Translations under genes and position numbers: made by a program | Shown here: positions 51,316-64,000 of the stretch, one piece after another | Position numbering within the stretch: position 1 is the stretch's first letter | How the letters are laid out: each line of letters starts with the position of its first letter | DNA from: Octopus bimaculoides | Lineage: Eukaryota | Length of the DNA stretch: 64,000 nt | Reading direction: 5' to 3' | NCBI RefSeq assembly: GCF_001194135.2 | Contig: NC_068984.1 | Location: 38,875,444-38,939,443, forward strand | Notes under the pieces: model-generated | What the model saw: the letters and a program-made list of their open reading frames with translations, nothing else | Told to the model about the DNA's origin: nothing | The model's database searches: none

Positions 51316-51878
51316 CTTTGCATCCTTGCAAACCTACTTGCACAAAATGTGTCCCTGTTAAATCTGTTTCTCACAACATATTCTCCTAACAGCCCCTCCC
51401 TCAATTTGTGTCTGCTCACTGCATTCCCTCTCTTCCACAATCTTGCAAACTTACCCACCCATTCACCCTATCTAATCCTTGATTCCTCTTCACTTATCCT
51501 CACCCACACACACTCTCTATCTCTGACTGAGGTAGCCATGTATCTCCTTTAATGCACGGCCAACACAATGCCACCTCCCTTAATACTACTCCTACCTCAG
51601 TTGAAGAGTTTTGTCTTGTAAGTTACCTGGTGACCTCACTGGTGCTGGTGCCATGTAAAAAGCATTCGGTATACTCTGTAAAGTAGTGTATGTAAGTGAA
51701 GAGGAATAAAAGATTAGGGTGAATGGGTGGGTAAGTTCAAAAGAGTGTGAAAAGGGAATGGAAGAGAAGGAATGCAGTGAGTGGACACAAATAGAGGGAA
51801 GAGTTGTTCGAATATGTTGTGAGGAAGAGATTTAACAGGGACACATTTTGTGCAAGTAAGTTTGCAAGGGTGCAAGAG
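51316..51878. repeat. Inverted repeat, arms of about 165 bp, in Rab2 intron 2
   Basis: 51316-51480 (ctttgcatccttgcaaacctacttgcacaaaatgtgtccctgttaaatc...) is the reverse complement of 51709-51878. Confidence 0.8.
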
Positions 51879-52234
51879 CATCTAGCTATAAAACCATGTC
51901 ACAACAGACTTGCCAGCTCCTGTCAAACCATCCAACCCAAACCAGCATGGAAAACAGACATTAAATGATGATAATGATGTTCCAAACACCAGCTCTATAA
52001 TAAAATTATTTTACCAAATCCCTCCAAACTCTTGATTATTATCAAAATTGGAAAATACATAGTTATTCCACTAGAAATATGGTTGTAAAGAGATCAAACC
52101 ATATTTTGTGCTAGTATTCTTTATTTTTAAGCTCAGTTTCTATTGATGTATTATCAGAACCTCTTCATAGATTTTCCCCAAACTACAAGACAAGATTTTT
52201 TTTTATAACATAATATTTTCACTAATTTCACTCA

Positions 52235-52447
<213 letters not shown>

Positions 52448-52704
52448 TCATTACAATGAAGGCAGAAAAATGTGTGAGGAAGAGAGAGGAGTATATATGG
52501 GTACTTCCCCCACAATTTCATTTGATTTTTCAGAAATCAAAACCTGAGATTTTAAAATTTATGTTTGAATTTTAGAATTCTACAACCAACCATATAGTTA
52601 ACCCTTCTGTTACCATATTTCTGTTGAAATACACTGCTTTGTTTAAATCAATTTAAAAAAAGCAGAATTTAGTAAAATAACTCAAGTTGGTGTTTGGAAC
52701 ATCA

Positions 52705-53500
52705 CCATCGTTTAATGTTTATTTTCCATGCTTGCATGAGTTGGACAGTCTGACAAGAGCTGGAGAGCTGTCCAGGCCCTGTCTGTTTTGGTATGGTATT
52801 ACAGTGTGCCAGGTGCTTTTTATGAGGCACCAGCATGGGTGCATTTTACATGGTACTAACACTTGCAACTCAAAGACCTCTCAGTTGGGAGAGGGAGTAG
52901 GTGCATGCTTGTATGCATGGATCGCCACAATATTACTTAGCTTAATGTATCTTCTCACGTACAACAAATTGCCACAACTTTCAGTTCCTTGTCATCTCCT
53001 CAGTGAGACCCAGCATTTGAAGCTGCTTTCTCATCACACTGTCCCAGGTCTTCCCTCCACAATTAGAAATCAGTACTTCTTTAAGCAGCTGTCCTCATCC
53101 ATACACAATACATGACCATACCAGCAGAGTATTCTCTCTTGCACACATCTGATGCCTCTTATACCCAGTTTTCCTGTTAAATCATTTACACTGTTGTGTG
53201 TGCACACTGACATTACCCATCCAGCAGAGCTTGCTGGCTTAATTTTTTCAAGCCTTCACATGTCCTCTGTAGTCATAGCTCATGTTTCACTGCCATGTAG
53301 CATACACAAGCATCATACAATCTGCCTTTCACTCTGAGGGAGAGGCCCTTTGTTACTAACAAAGATAGTAACTGATTTTTGCCTAGCCCATCTCTTACTC
53401 TAGCAACTATGCTTTCAGAACTTTCTCTACTGCTAACTTGGTCACCTAGGTAACAGAAGCTATCTACTACTTCTAAGGATCCCCCAAGCATTTGAGGGAG
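52705..53500 (-). mobile_element. Older RTE LINE 3' fragment
   Basis: LEVVDSFCYLGDQVSS...ES.VARVR.G..K...L.SLLVTKGLSLRVKGRLYDACV, plus a degenerate tail. Confidence 0.8.
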
Positions 53501-56500
53501 TCTATTTTCTGTACATTTTTAGTGTTTATTGTACCTGCACATTTGCCACACACAAAGGCTATAAATTACAAAAAACTGATGGAAGGTTTTAATTTAAACA
53601 GGAAGCTTGTATGATAGAATCAGAGGCAATCTTGGACAAGTTGGTATCAAAAGGGTTGTATGTTGTATTGATTGTATAATACAACCTGAGAATTTATAGA
53701 TTTATTACATGATATCAGATGTCCAAAAGATCAATAATGTCATATAAGGGAAGAGATTTCAATCCAGAAAAACATTCTAGAAATTGTGAGAAATTTATAA
53801 GAAAAAGCAATCAAAATTTATTATTGTATTTATAGAATATAAATGTACAAGTCTGTTTTTCTTGGAAAATAAATGCATAGATATTAAAAGATAAGAGTAG
53901 TTATTACAAAGATATCTTTAAAAAAAATTATTTTTAAAAAAACAAAACTGGGATGAGATTGGAAATCTGAATGACTTTTTTAAACAGAAACAAGTAGCAC
54001 ACAGGTGCGAAATTGAGAAGTTTATGTATCTTAAAAAAGTTTAAAGAGCAAAAGTGCTTAAGAAAGTCTATTGATATTCTACTAACAAACCTTATTTGAC
54101 AAGAGGTTTGACCTGAGATCATGTGCTGAAATGAATATGGCTGCATTATTATAGTTTTATTGTATATTTATGACCTGGTCACCAAAACTCAGGATGAAGC
54201 ATTAGCAACTGTTCTAGAATTTATCCTACTTTTTAATTGTAGCTCCAATTAACATATTCTGTTGTCTAACATAGGAGGCTTATTACCATTAGCCAGATCT
54301 GAAAGGCTCTGTTTCCCACAATGAAGAAGCTAGTAATAAGTGGAATTTGAACTTAGAATGCAGAGAGAACAGGTACTGCAAGTTATCACATTTACTGCTG
54401 CAACAATTCTGCCAATTCATTGTCCTGAACTGGTATTTTATTGAACCCCAGTTCCTCCCCCCCCCCAAAAAAATGAAAGGCAAAGTTAACCTTAGAGAAC
54501 AGAGAGCTAGAACAAATACCTCAAAGCATTTTATCTGACACTCTAATGACTACCAATTTGCTACCTTTTTAGTGCTTTATAATACAGAAGGAAATACAAC
54601 AATATGCCAGTAAAACGGCTAAACTTGCTATTATAAAGCCACAGACTGACGAATCCTCAACTTATATTCCACACACAGAAATAAAAAAAATTCCATGAGA
54701 ATTTTAATATTTTGACATTTGTTTTTTAGGGCCATCTATTCCTGAATTTTAAAATATTTTTAAATGGAATATTTTCAAAATTAAATTTGTTTGAGATTTA
54801 AGCCAGCATAAACTTCATTAAAAATTAAAAAATGAAATCCAAACATATTCTAGCCGTGACAAACATTATTTACAGAATGTTCTCAAATAAATTTGAGTTT
54901 TAAGCAGTCTTGAATGTATTAAAACAGTTCAAATGTTACAGACATACTGTTTCCCTTAATTTTTCTTTTCAACAGGCCATGATGTCATTTGCAGAAAGGA
55001 CTAAGTAGTTTTCAACTAAACTTTTAATGAAGCCATTCATACAAATCTTCCTTATCAAAATCAATAATTTTAAAATCCCAAAACTAGCAGATCAATTTAT
55101 TACATACAAGATTATTGCTCAAAATTAGTACAAACACATAAGCTTTGTTCACTGATGAAAAATTAATCCCAGCGTTCATATTTTATTATAAACATGAGTT
55201 GATTAAATGAAACAGAGACCTTCATAAGGAAGAATATAAGATTGTAATATTTTGGGGATTAGCAGAATCCTAAGAGTGTCAGACAAAATGCTTTATGGTA
55301 TTTGTCCCAGCTTTCAAATACTAGAGTCAATACAATCAACTGTTCTTTTCCCCCTAAATTTGAAGTCTTGTATTAAAAGAAATCAGTACTTAAGAAGAAA
55401 AATTACTGGGAGGAAATTAGGGTGTCAGCAGCTTATTATGAAATGCTTTGTCAGAGTTCTACATTCCTGGTGCAAGTTCAATTAATGATATTTACTTCAA
55501 AAACACATTTCAAATACTAGAATATTACAATATTTAATTGCATTTAACTAATATTACTCTTAGTAACTATTAATACCAGTTAGGAAAAAAAAAAAAAATT
55601 CTAACCTTCATAAGATGACTAGCCCAAACCAAACCAATAATATACTTACTCCATGCATTTATCAAGTACCTCTTCCATAGGGTCCAATCAGAAGCAACAT
55701 TCTCTGGCTGGATTCCCAAGCTTGACCAACTGAGATTATGGATATTATCCAACAGTCTCATTCTTTGTCAACCCCTAAGTCTCCTACCAGTTGATCCTTC
55801 CCTGCAGTATTCTAATCATGCCGGTAGCATTGGAGTTTTGACCTCTCAATGCAGAGAAGTAGCAGCTCAACCAAAAGAAACTTACTAATTGCTGAGCTAT
55901 GCAACCTGTTGAGTAATGTTACTCCAGAGATCCTTTGGAAGAACCCCCATTTCAGCTGCTTGCATTCACAGTTGCACTCTTTCAGTTATTACTCAACATT
56001 CATGACCAATATAATATAGTTCCTATCCACTGAAAATAAGTAAACCTGCAATAACTTAGATAATACTTTCCATCACCAATGTATGTCAACATCCGACCAA
56101 ATTGTAACTATATTCAGCTTATTTAACCTTTACATTCTATAAAATTTTAATATCCCAATAAATAGGTGTAGAATGTAATGCATAACGCAAACCTTTTTTG
56201 CAGATATTTAAATTATGACTGGCAGCAAAATTTCCTCATTCATAGAGACTACTTTGACAGTCTATTTCTTTACGAAATAGTCTAGATTTATCAACCAATG
56301 TTTCTAAACATGAATTTCCCACCAGTTGACAATTTTTTTCTTTCATTAATTAAAACATGGATATATGTCAGCTATACATTTCAAACTCAGCACTGTAAAC
56401 CACTGAACCAATCACCACATTCAGTTCAACACTATCACAAAAACTTCTCATCCTGAACGCATTATCTTCAACTAAATAGACTGGTACATAACATAAATAT

Positions 56501-56966
56501 AGCACAAAACTTGATGTGAAATTCAGTTCACAAAAACAAGATACTTTATTCAAATGGTTGGGTGATTATTATGAAAGCATTTACAAATGAAATCCATATA
56601 CAAAATTTCCAACAAGATTTTACAGAAACTATTTAACCTGAACTGAATGAGTATAAATTGTTTGAATTATGATTTTAATGTGATGTGCAAGCCTGTCACT
56701 GAAATGTTCATGTTAGTTACTACATTCAACCATATGAAAAACAGTATAACTCAAATGATCTATTTCAGGAAGAGCATTTGTTAAAACAAAATTGTTTAGT
56801 AAATGTCTTCTATAATAAGCCTCAGGTCAACTAAAAACTAAAACCATGAGAGAAATTTGATATGAAGGCGTGGAAGGCATGTTTTCGGATAGTTGACTCA
56901 ACATAGCATCTGGTTTCACACCACCCAACTCCTTGTGGTGTGTTTAGAGGAGTCCACTGCTTAAAG

Positions 56967-57192
56967 CAGTGATTCTCAACCATTTTTTGCCAATGGACCC
57001 TTTCGATTCCTATTTTAATCTGCTGAACCACCACAGCCTTTCGATGTATATAAAAAAAAAAAAGTTTTTTTTTTCTTTTTTATATTTAAGTATTATTAGG
57101 AACTGCATAAAAAATGTGTTGTAAAAGTATAAGAAATTTATTGCACATAAAATTTAACAAAATCTTTTATAGACCCCAGTTGAGAATCAGTG
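56967..57192. mobile_element. hAT (Charlie-like) non-autonomous MITE, 226 bp
   Basis: TIRs cagtgattctcaac / gttgagaatcagtg; 8-bp flanking direct repeat gcttaaag / gtttaaag. Confidence 0.8.
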
Positions 57193-60100
57193 GTTTAAAG
57201 AATTCAGGCAAAGTCCCTGATTTGCAGATAACTTCTTCCTTTCTGTCCTGAAAAGAGTCACAAGAACCGTCCTTCTGACTACACCATAAAAAATTTTAAA
57301 CAAAGATATAAATTTTTTTTATTAATTTAATGAAAGTGCTATCATTTATTTTTTTACAAATAATATATAAAAAGGTACAAGATGTAATATCATTTAAATA
57401 AGTGTTTGTTTGTTTTTTCATTCAAATACTTCATGAAGAGGTTTTATTTGATAAAAATGTAGCTTGCTTTCCTATCAATAGCGATAATCTCTAGAGTGAA
57501 AATTTGCATAGAATAATCCATCCATGAACACACAAATGGCTTACATATTCATAAGGAAAACCAGTGAAATAGTGAAATTCAAGAGAGTATAATATATGAG
57601 CAACAATCATCAAGTGAAAAGCTTTGCTTAAGGAAATTCCAAAGACACAAACATATGGAGCAAGAATCGGGAGTAATTGCTTCTAACAGGTAGAATGTAT
57701 AAATTTCATTAATAACCTTAGTAGAAATCTGGTTGTCATGATCACTGGACGATTATGAATTATATCAAATTTTTTTTCAACTGCTTAAGATTAAATTATA
57801 TTACAGAATTATCTAAATTAATTGAATGTGAAATATATAATTTAAGAAATATTTAAGAAACGAGACGACAGAACAAGAAGTAGTTTTAGTTTCATAATCA
57901 AATTGAGATCATCATATTTGCTATAGAAAAAAAAAAAGAGTACAATTGATTAGTATTAACAGCAATCTATGTACATACACACACACATCTTAGAGAAATT
58001 GGATCTGTAATTATTCCTGAAATCAACACAATTTCGGACTACCATTCTATAATTCAGCAACTGAATTATTAAATTTCTCATTCACAACAAGCTAGTTAAA
58101 AGTGTCGGACAATATTACGCAGATGATGAGCAAAATTGAGGAAATTAAAGAAAAAATGTGAAAAATAGCCTTTCAGACTTAAAAATCAATATATAAGTTA
58201 TGAGCTATAGGAAGTAATAATAATTATGCCTGCAAGGGTTTCAGAAACATAGAATTAAGTCTTTATATGAATCGTTCGAAAGATTTTAAAATGTTGGTTT
58301 TGTAGTATTTAACTATTTTTATTAAAAAATTTTCAATAACATTCGTCTTGGGTTTACATTAATAATCACATAATGCATCCAACAGTTGTTGGAAATGAAA
58401 GTAAGATGTAAACAACCAATATGTCAGGATATTGGCAACTAGAGAACTATGTCACTCAGATTAGTCTAAAGAGGAGTGATTATATACAACAGCACTACTA
58501 CCACTGGTAAATCTGCATTGTTAACGAAATATATTGGACATATGGTGTATTCTCTCAATAGATTGTCGCAAATATATATGACAACTTAAGATTGAATTAA
58601 TAAATATTCATGTATTTTCTCTCCGACGACGGATTCTGCCCGAAACGTTAGGCTTTTTTATGGCACAATTTATTCCACTGAATTACTTGCATTACTCTTT
58701 GCCAACGTAGAATATCACTAGTTTCTTATTTATTTATAGCTTGCTATAACGTAGACTATATTTCATCAATAAAAATACAGAGAAAAAGATGAGAAAACAA
58801 GGCTTGCAAATGAATTCAATAAATCGAATCCATATTTTTTCAGGCCAGCTGCGAACCTAACGTAATAAATAACTTCCACAGCAACTATATTATATACACA
58901 CACGCACTAATAGCTGAACAAGCTGTTGGTTGAACACGTACTAGTCATACATAGATATTTGCTCCACTCACAACTCAAATCATATAGAATTGAAGACAAA
59001 TACGATTAAGAGGTTTCTCGCAAGAGGCATGCATGAAGAAACGAAGTAGTAGTCGATACAAATAACGCTACCTTTCATCTTATGAATTTTTAACACTATC
59101 GAAAAGGCCACTGACAATTGAAAATAGTTAAAAGGATGTTAACTAAATGAATATGTATACATACACACATACACACACATGTATACATATATATCTTGTG
59201 ACTTTCTAAAAATAAATCGATAATGCATCAATATGGAGACAATGTTTTAGTATATATACTGCCGAAGGTAACAAAGAGACATCATTGACAATATTTTATT
59301 TTACTCATTACACAAAGCATTAATGAACAAAGCTTGAACTAAGTGAAATACACCCATAAACACGAAATAGGGCAACGAAATTCAGTAGCAGTTCGAGTAA
59401 GAGAGACAGCGAATGATCAGTTACATTTATAGAACTATAATCTTAATGGGTACAGTTATATTCTACATAGGCAAAGAATATTTAATGACAGTAATTAACA
59501 ACAGTCAATCATAGAAACAATTTTATTCATTACAATGGTTGCAATTGATATACAAAAACAATATTCAAACCTAGACAACCATTATGGTTGTGTAGGATAT
59601 ATATATACATTGCAGGTCGTCACACCCAGAAAATATTTTTATGCAAGTCTTTTAAAGCGGGTCATTTGTTCATATATATACTGTTAAAATTAATCTCACC
59701 CGATAAATATCTTTCAAAAATCGTTCTGAAATAGCTGCAAGGTACTATCTTATTTAATGAGAGTTCAGATAATTATTTACATCCCAGAGAGCAAAATATT
59801 AGAGATTCAGTCTAAATAACAAACGACATATTTATGAAATTCAATATAAAGGACCCGAAAACGAGCAAAGAAAATCTCTTTATGGACCCATTACGAAGTA
59901 CAAGGACGCAGTTTTAGTCATGTTTAACTGGCCGACGGCGGGGACTGCTTAAAACCCTAGCGTAAATATTGATTGCCTCTTAGAATAGGAATACACTTGA
60001 AAATACTCGCAGACACACAAGTACATGGAGATATATCATATACATTAGACAATTGTATATTTTCACCAGTGATCTCGCTTTCTATATACCAAAATATACA

Positions 60101-61344
60101 CCTATTAGGCTAAATGGTCTACAGTATACTTATAAATATACACCTTACTAACCCCTTTAAATAATTAACTAACAGATATATAGAATTCAACAATTCCTAC
60201 AAATACGTAAAATACACAATGTAAACACGTCTCGTGTTGGTGAATTTTAATATGAATTATTGAATGGGTTTAAAGGCGCATATATATATATATATATACA
60301 CACACACATCTGTGCCCCGTGTTAAAGAAAAAAAAAAGAATCAGTAAGAGGCAATTTAATATGACAAAAAGTAATAACCAAAAATATAATATACTCTAAT
60401 CGAATCTGAATAGCAACAAAGGAAAATTATATGAATCATTTTAGTTAATTAAAGAAAATGAAAGGAATTAAGGTACTATGTTGATTTTTTTTCCTGACTA
60501 GCCAAACCTAGTAGAATATTCCACTGTAATAGGAATTTCAATTGCATGGAAATAAAAATGATATTTATATAAAAAAGCTACCTTTGTGTTATTCAAATAA
60601 AACATTGAAAAATATAAAACAATCAAAAGAGAAAATAAATATTATCCAGATGTTTTTGATTTATAAAACGAAAACAAAGGAACAAAAGGGTTGAAAATAA
60701 TCAAAAGGTGGGATACATAAATCACAAGTAACAAACTACTAATTGGTGCGTTTTATTTTTCATCAATAAAAATATGGCCATTAGTATCTAACCGCGACTA
60801 TGCAATTGTCACGTTTCCATTATATAATAACAGTTATTGTAATATACTAGGGGTTTTTTTGTTTGTTTTTTAACAGTAATTAAATTACAGAAGTATAAAC
60901 AGAAAAAAAGCAAACAAGTGTTAGGTAATATTTTTCAGAGATGAAAAAAAAATATTAAAATACATAAAACGTCACCGAGAAACGAAACAAACAAAAATGC
61001 ATGGAAGATAAACGGTATACATATATATATATATATATTAACATCTATTGAGGCATAGGGAACAGAGGGAATTAGTATTATAGCTAACAGGTGACAATTG
61101 AGTTGTGAATATTTTTAAAATATTATCTTCGCAGTGCTGCTAGTGTCAGTAAAAGAGAAAAAGGGAAGAGGCGTGGGCAGTAGTCAGGGAAGATATCAAA
61201 CGTCGACAAGTGGTATACGAATGGTGTACGACTTTCGTCAACATGAAAACACAGAACATTCTCAGCACGTAAAATAATTTATCATGAAAGTTATATAGAA
61301 AATATATTAAAGTAAAAACTATAAATACTATATATAAATCTTAC

Positions 61345-61390
61345 CTGTATCACCTATAATAATGTACTTAAATAAATATGCATATGACAT
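61345..61390 (-). CDS. RAB2: Rab2 exon 1 coding part
   Basis: ATG at 61390: MSYAYLFKYIIIGDT(G)|gtaaga, 46 nt. The eight exons sum to 639 nt = 212 aa + stop. Confidence 0.97.
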
Positions 61391-61441
61391 CCTGAAGCTT
61401 GATCCGAGACAGTTTAAGCTACGTAAAAGTATGTCTGCTGA

Positions 61442-61465
61442 TGACGTCACCGGACGTTGACGTCA
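61442..61465. promoter_or_regulatory. Two perfect CRE palindromes (TGACGTCA) just upstream of the Rab2 ATG
   Basis: TGACGTCA at 61442-61449 and 61458-61465 in a locally CpG-rich patch. Confidence 0.6.
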
Positions 61466-62446
61466 CGCTTTACCGTTCTACGTTATATAGAGGGCGCAAC
61501 CGTCTGGAAAAAAAATCTGTCTTCTTGCTTTATATATCTTCGCAGATTATGAAATACGATTGTCTACTTTAAAGTATATATGCATCAAGAAAAGAAAGGC
61601 GGGAAAAAAAGACGAATTCCAAGCATATAAAGAATAAATGAAAAATGTAATTCAAAAAACCGATAAATTTATTATACAGTATAAACAACTGACTTTTTCT
61701 TCAGTTGCCAACAACAACAAAATGAGGGCGAAATATAATGCACTAATATACATTTTCGACAGTTTTAAAACCCATTTCTTACACTCATTTATAATAATTC
61801 CTTTGTTAGAAATTTATTAAACACTATAAAATATTTTTAAGTCGAGAGATTATCAACGCCAAAATAAGTGGACGAAATTTCATATTTGATGATTATGTTA
61901 GGAGTGATGGTAAAACAAATGCAAAATAGGATTAAAATAGGGGATATGCACTTTAGCATTAAAGGCACCACATTATTCCAGTTAGATGTTTGCCTAAATA
62001 GAAAATAAAAAGTACTTTTCCTTTGTTGAATTAAAAGAATCTTTGACAAGATAGTGTGTAAGCATTTGTTGAAAAAGTATCAAGGGAGTTAAATACCTAC
62101 CAAATGAGGTTCTATATTATTTAAATTTATTTTCTATGTATCCCTATTTTAGAATAGCTACACTATGTCCCTAAGTGATAAGGGGGTTAAATGCGGATTA
62201 ATGAGGATTTATCTAACTATATTTACTGTTATTTATGTACCTAGGTTTTAGAATAGGTACACTGTATCTCTAATGGAGTTGGAGACAGGAAAAGCATCTG
62301 GCTGTAAAACACTACCTCAGAAAGTCTATCCAATCCATGTCAGTGAATGGAAAAGCAGATAAAATCGAGGTGGAGACAGACAGTCTGGATAAAAGTGTTT
62401 AATAAGTCAAATTATAAGCAACATGTAAACACAGGAACAGTGTGTG

Positions 62447-62486
<40 letters not shown>
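62447..62486. repeat. (TA)n microsatellite
   Basis: About 20 TA units. Other microsatellites: (GT)n ~31187-31210, mixed TG/TA/CA ~22800-22833, GA-rich ~43552-43596. Confidence 0.9.
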
Positions 62487-62491
<5 letters not shown>

Positions 62492-63713
62492 GGTTATAAA
62501 TACTAAAATAATGGTAGTAGACAAATATAATTTTAATGTAACATTTATTACAACAGAAACATTTACCACTCAATATGGCTGCTCTTTTGGGCAATTACTG
62601 CCTCCACACAAGAACAAAATTTTTTGCAGCTGCTGCAACCTCTGCCTTTTTGATTTTGCATGTCACACACATGGTGCAAGTCTTCAAACTGTTGACACTC
62701 AAGTGTGGTGAAACATTGGTCCTTGCATGAAGTACACCCCATAAAAAGTAATCGAGAAAGTTGAGATCTGTGCTATTTCTGGGCCAGATGTTGGCCCTCA
62801 CAAAAAATGGCATCTCACCAAGGAAAGCCTGTGTTGCTTTTGACCCATGGTATGGTACAGAATCCTGGATAAGTACCATATTGTCAAGCCCAAACTTGTG
62901 CTCCATCCAAGGTAACAGAGAGTTCTTCAGGATGTCCAGATACTCCTTTATGCCAATCTTAAAGCCAGACTCAATGAAGTGCTGGTCCATGATACTTCCA
63001 TCACTTGCCACAGCTCCACATACCATTACTAAGACAGGATTCTTAGTCTCAAACACAGTGGGGGTGGTGTCAGAAGGGTTGTATGCGATCACTCAAGAAT
63101 TTCTGTGATTCACCTCAGCATCTACAGTGAACTTTTTCTCATCCACAAACATGAGAGTTTTTTATGCACCTTGATGCTTGATGAATGACAGAAGCTTTCA
63201 GCATCTCTCAGCTCTGATTGCTTTGGCCTTGGCTGTTACGAGGTGACAGCATCATCGAACATACCTAGTCATGCTAAGGTTCCTATTCACAGCTCTAGAC
63301 ACTATGGGAAAGAACACATTGCATTTCTTTTCAAGATGTGTTGGCTTCAATTGAGCATTTGAGGCCAGCAAGAAACTTTGGATTGTGTTTGGAATCACTT
63401 TGAGTCTTGTGTTCTTTTCTATCAATCTTTTCCTCTTCTTTAAATTGTTTATACACATGATAAACTGTTGCTTTTGGAAGTTTCACTAACATAGCAATTT
63501 TATTGGCAATGTGCCTGGCACACACCAAAACAACAATGGTAGAATGATTCTGTTGTTCCATGACTTTCTGTTGTCGAATCAGTATGCCTTTTACCTGAAA
63601 AATAAAGAGAAGGATTAGATTTTCAAACAAGTAGGGTTTTGTCAAAAAATGAAACATTAAATTCACTAAGTCACTGCTAAAAATTGGTCTCAATTTATCT
63701 ACAAGACCCTGTA
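62487..63713 (-). mobile_element. Degenerate Tc1/mariner-superfamily transposon, DD37D (maT)-like
   Basis: FVDEKKFTVD...N.RN; VMV.GAVASDG...; QDSVPYH.SK.TQ.FL...IWP.NS.DLN.LDY.LW (36 residues between the 2nd and 3rd Asp); N-terminal HTH-like segment at ~63330-63560. The right end reads TA-CAGGGT (rc at 63706-63713); the left end is only weakly similar. Confidence 0.82.
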
Positions 63714-64000
63714 TATATTGCTACTAAATACAAACAGAAAGGACAATGCTACCAGAATAATTTGAAGAATTTAAGCTTTATTGTATCCCACTTATTTTTA
63801 AACTCAAAGTTGAAATTCAGCTTGTGTAAAACACTGAATAGTTCTGGCTTTAAATCACAGAAGTGAGACATTTTAGAATTAAACCAGCTGCCTCCCTGAA
63901 TCAAAAGTCAAAGGAACTCCATAAATATAAGTAGTAGTATTTTTGAAACAATGTCAACGTGATGTATCATTAGACAAAATAAATATCATATTGACATGAT

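Noticed and set aside
58623-58650. Second hammerhead-like motif (CCGACGA...GAAACGTTA)
   Set aside because: The core has U4>C and stem I does not form; not supportable as a functional ribozyme.

Overview
AT-rich, repeat-dense animal genomic DNA with spliceosomal introns. The repeat families and a TTAGGG tract look like an octopus/coleoid cephalopod genome; this is an inference, not a database result. Four housekeeping genes can be reconstructed by hand. (1) RPS6/eS6 on +: the last three coding exons are here and the 5' exons lie upstream of the window. (2) MPV17L2-like on -, with an intronless CDS. (3) UQCR11 on +, two coding exons. (4) RAB2 on -, eight coding exons, 212 aa. The rest is transposable-element debris (RTE and CR1/L2-group LINEs, a Hero-like RLE LINE, BEL/Pao and Gypsy remnants, Merlin, maT/Tc1-mariner, a hAT MITE, tRNA-derived SINEs), foldback inverted repeats, microsatellites and two assembly gaps. 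The standout is RPS6. Its last exon reads through the normal C-terminus into an uninterrupted ~560-aa Lys/Ala/Pro/Gln-rich, histone-H1-like, tandem-repeat tail, giving a ~800-aa eS6 instead of ~250 aa. Synonymous divergence between repeat copies suggests the tail is translated and selected. Exon boundaries were counted by eye and no searches were run.
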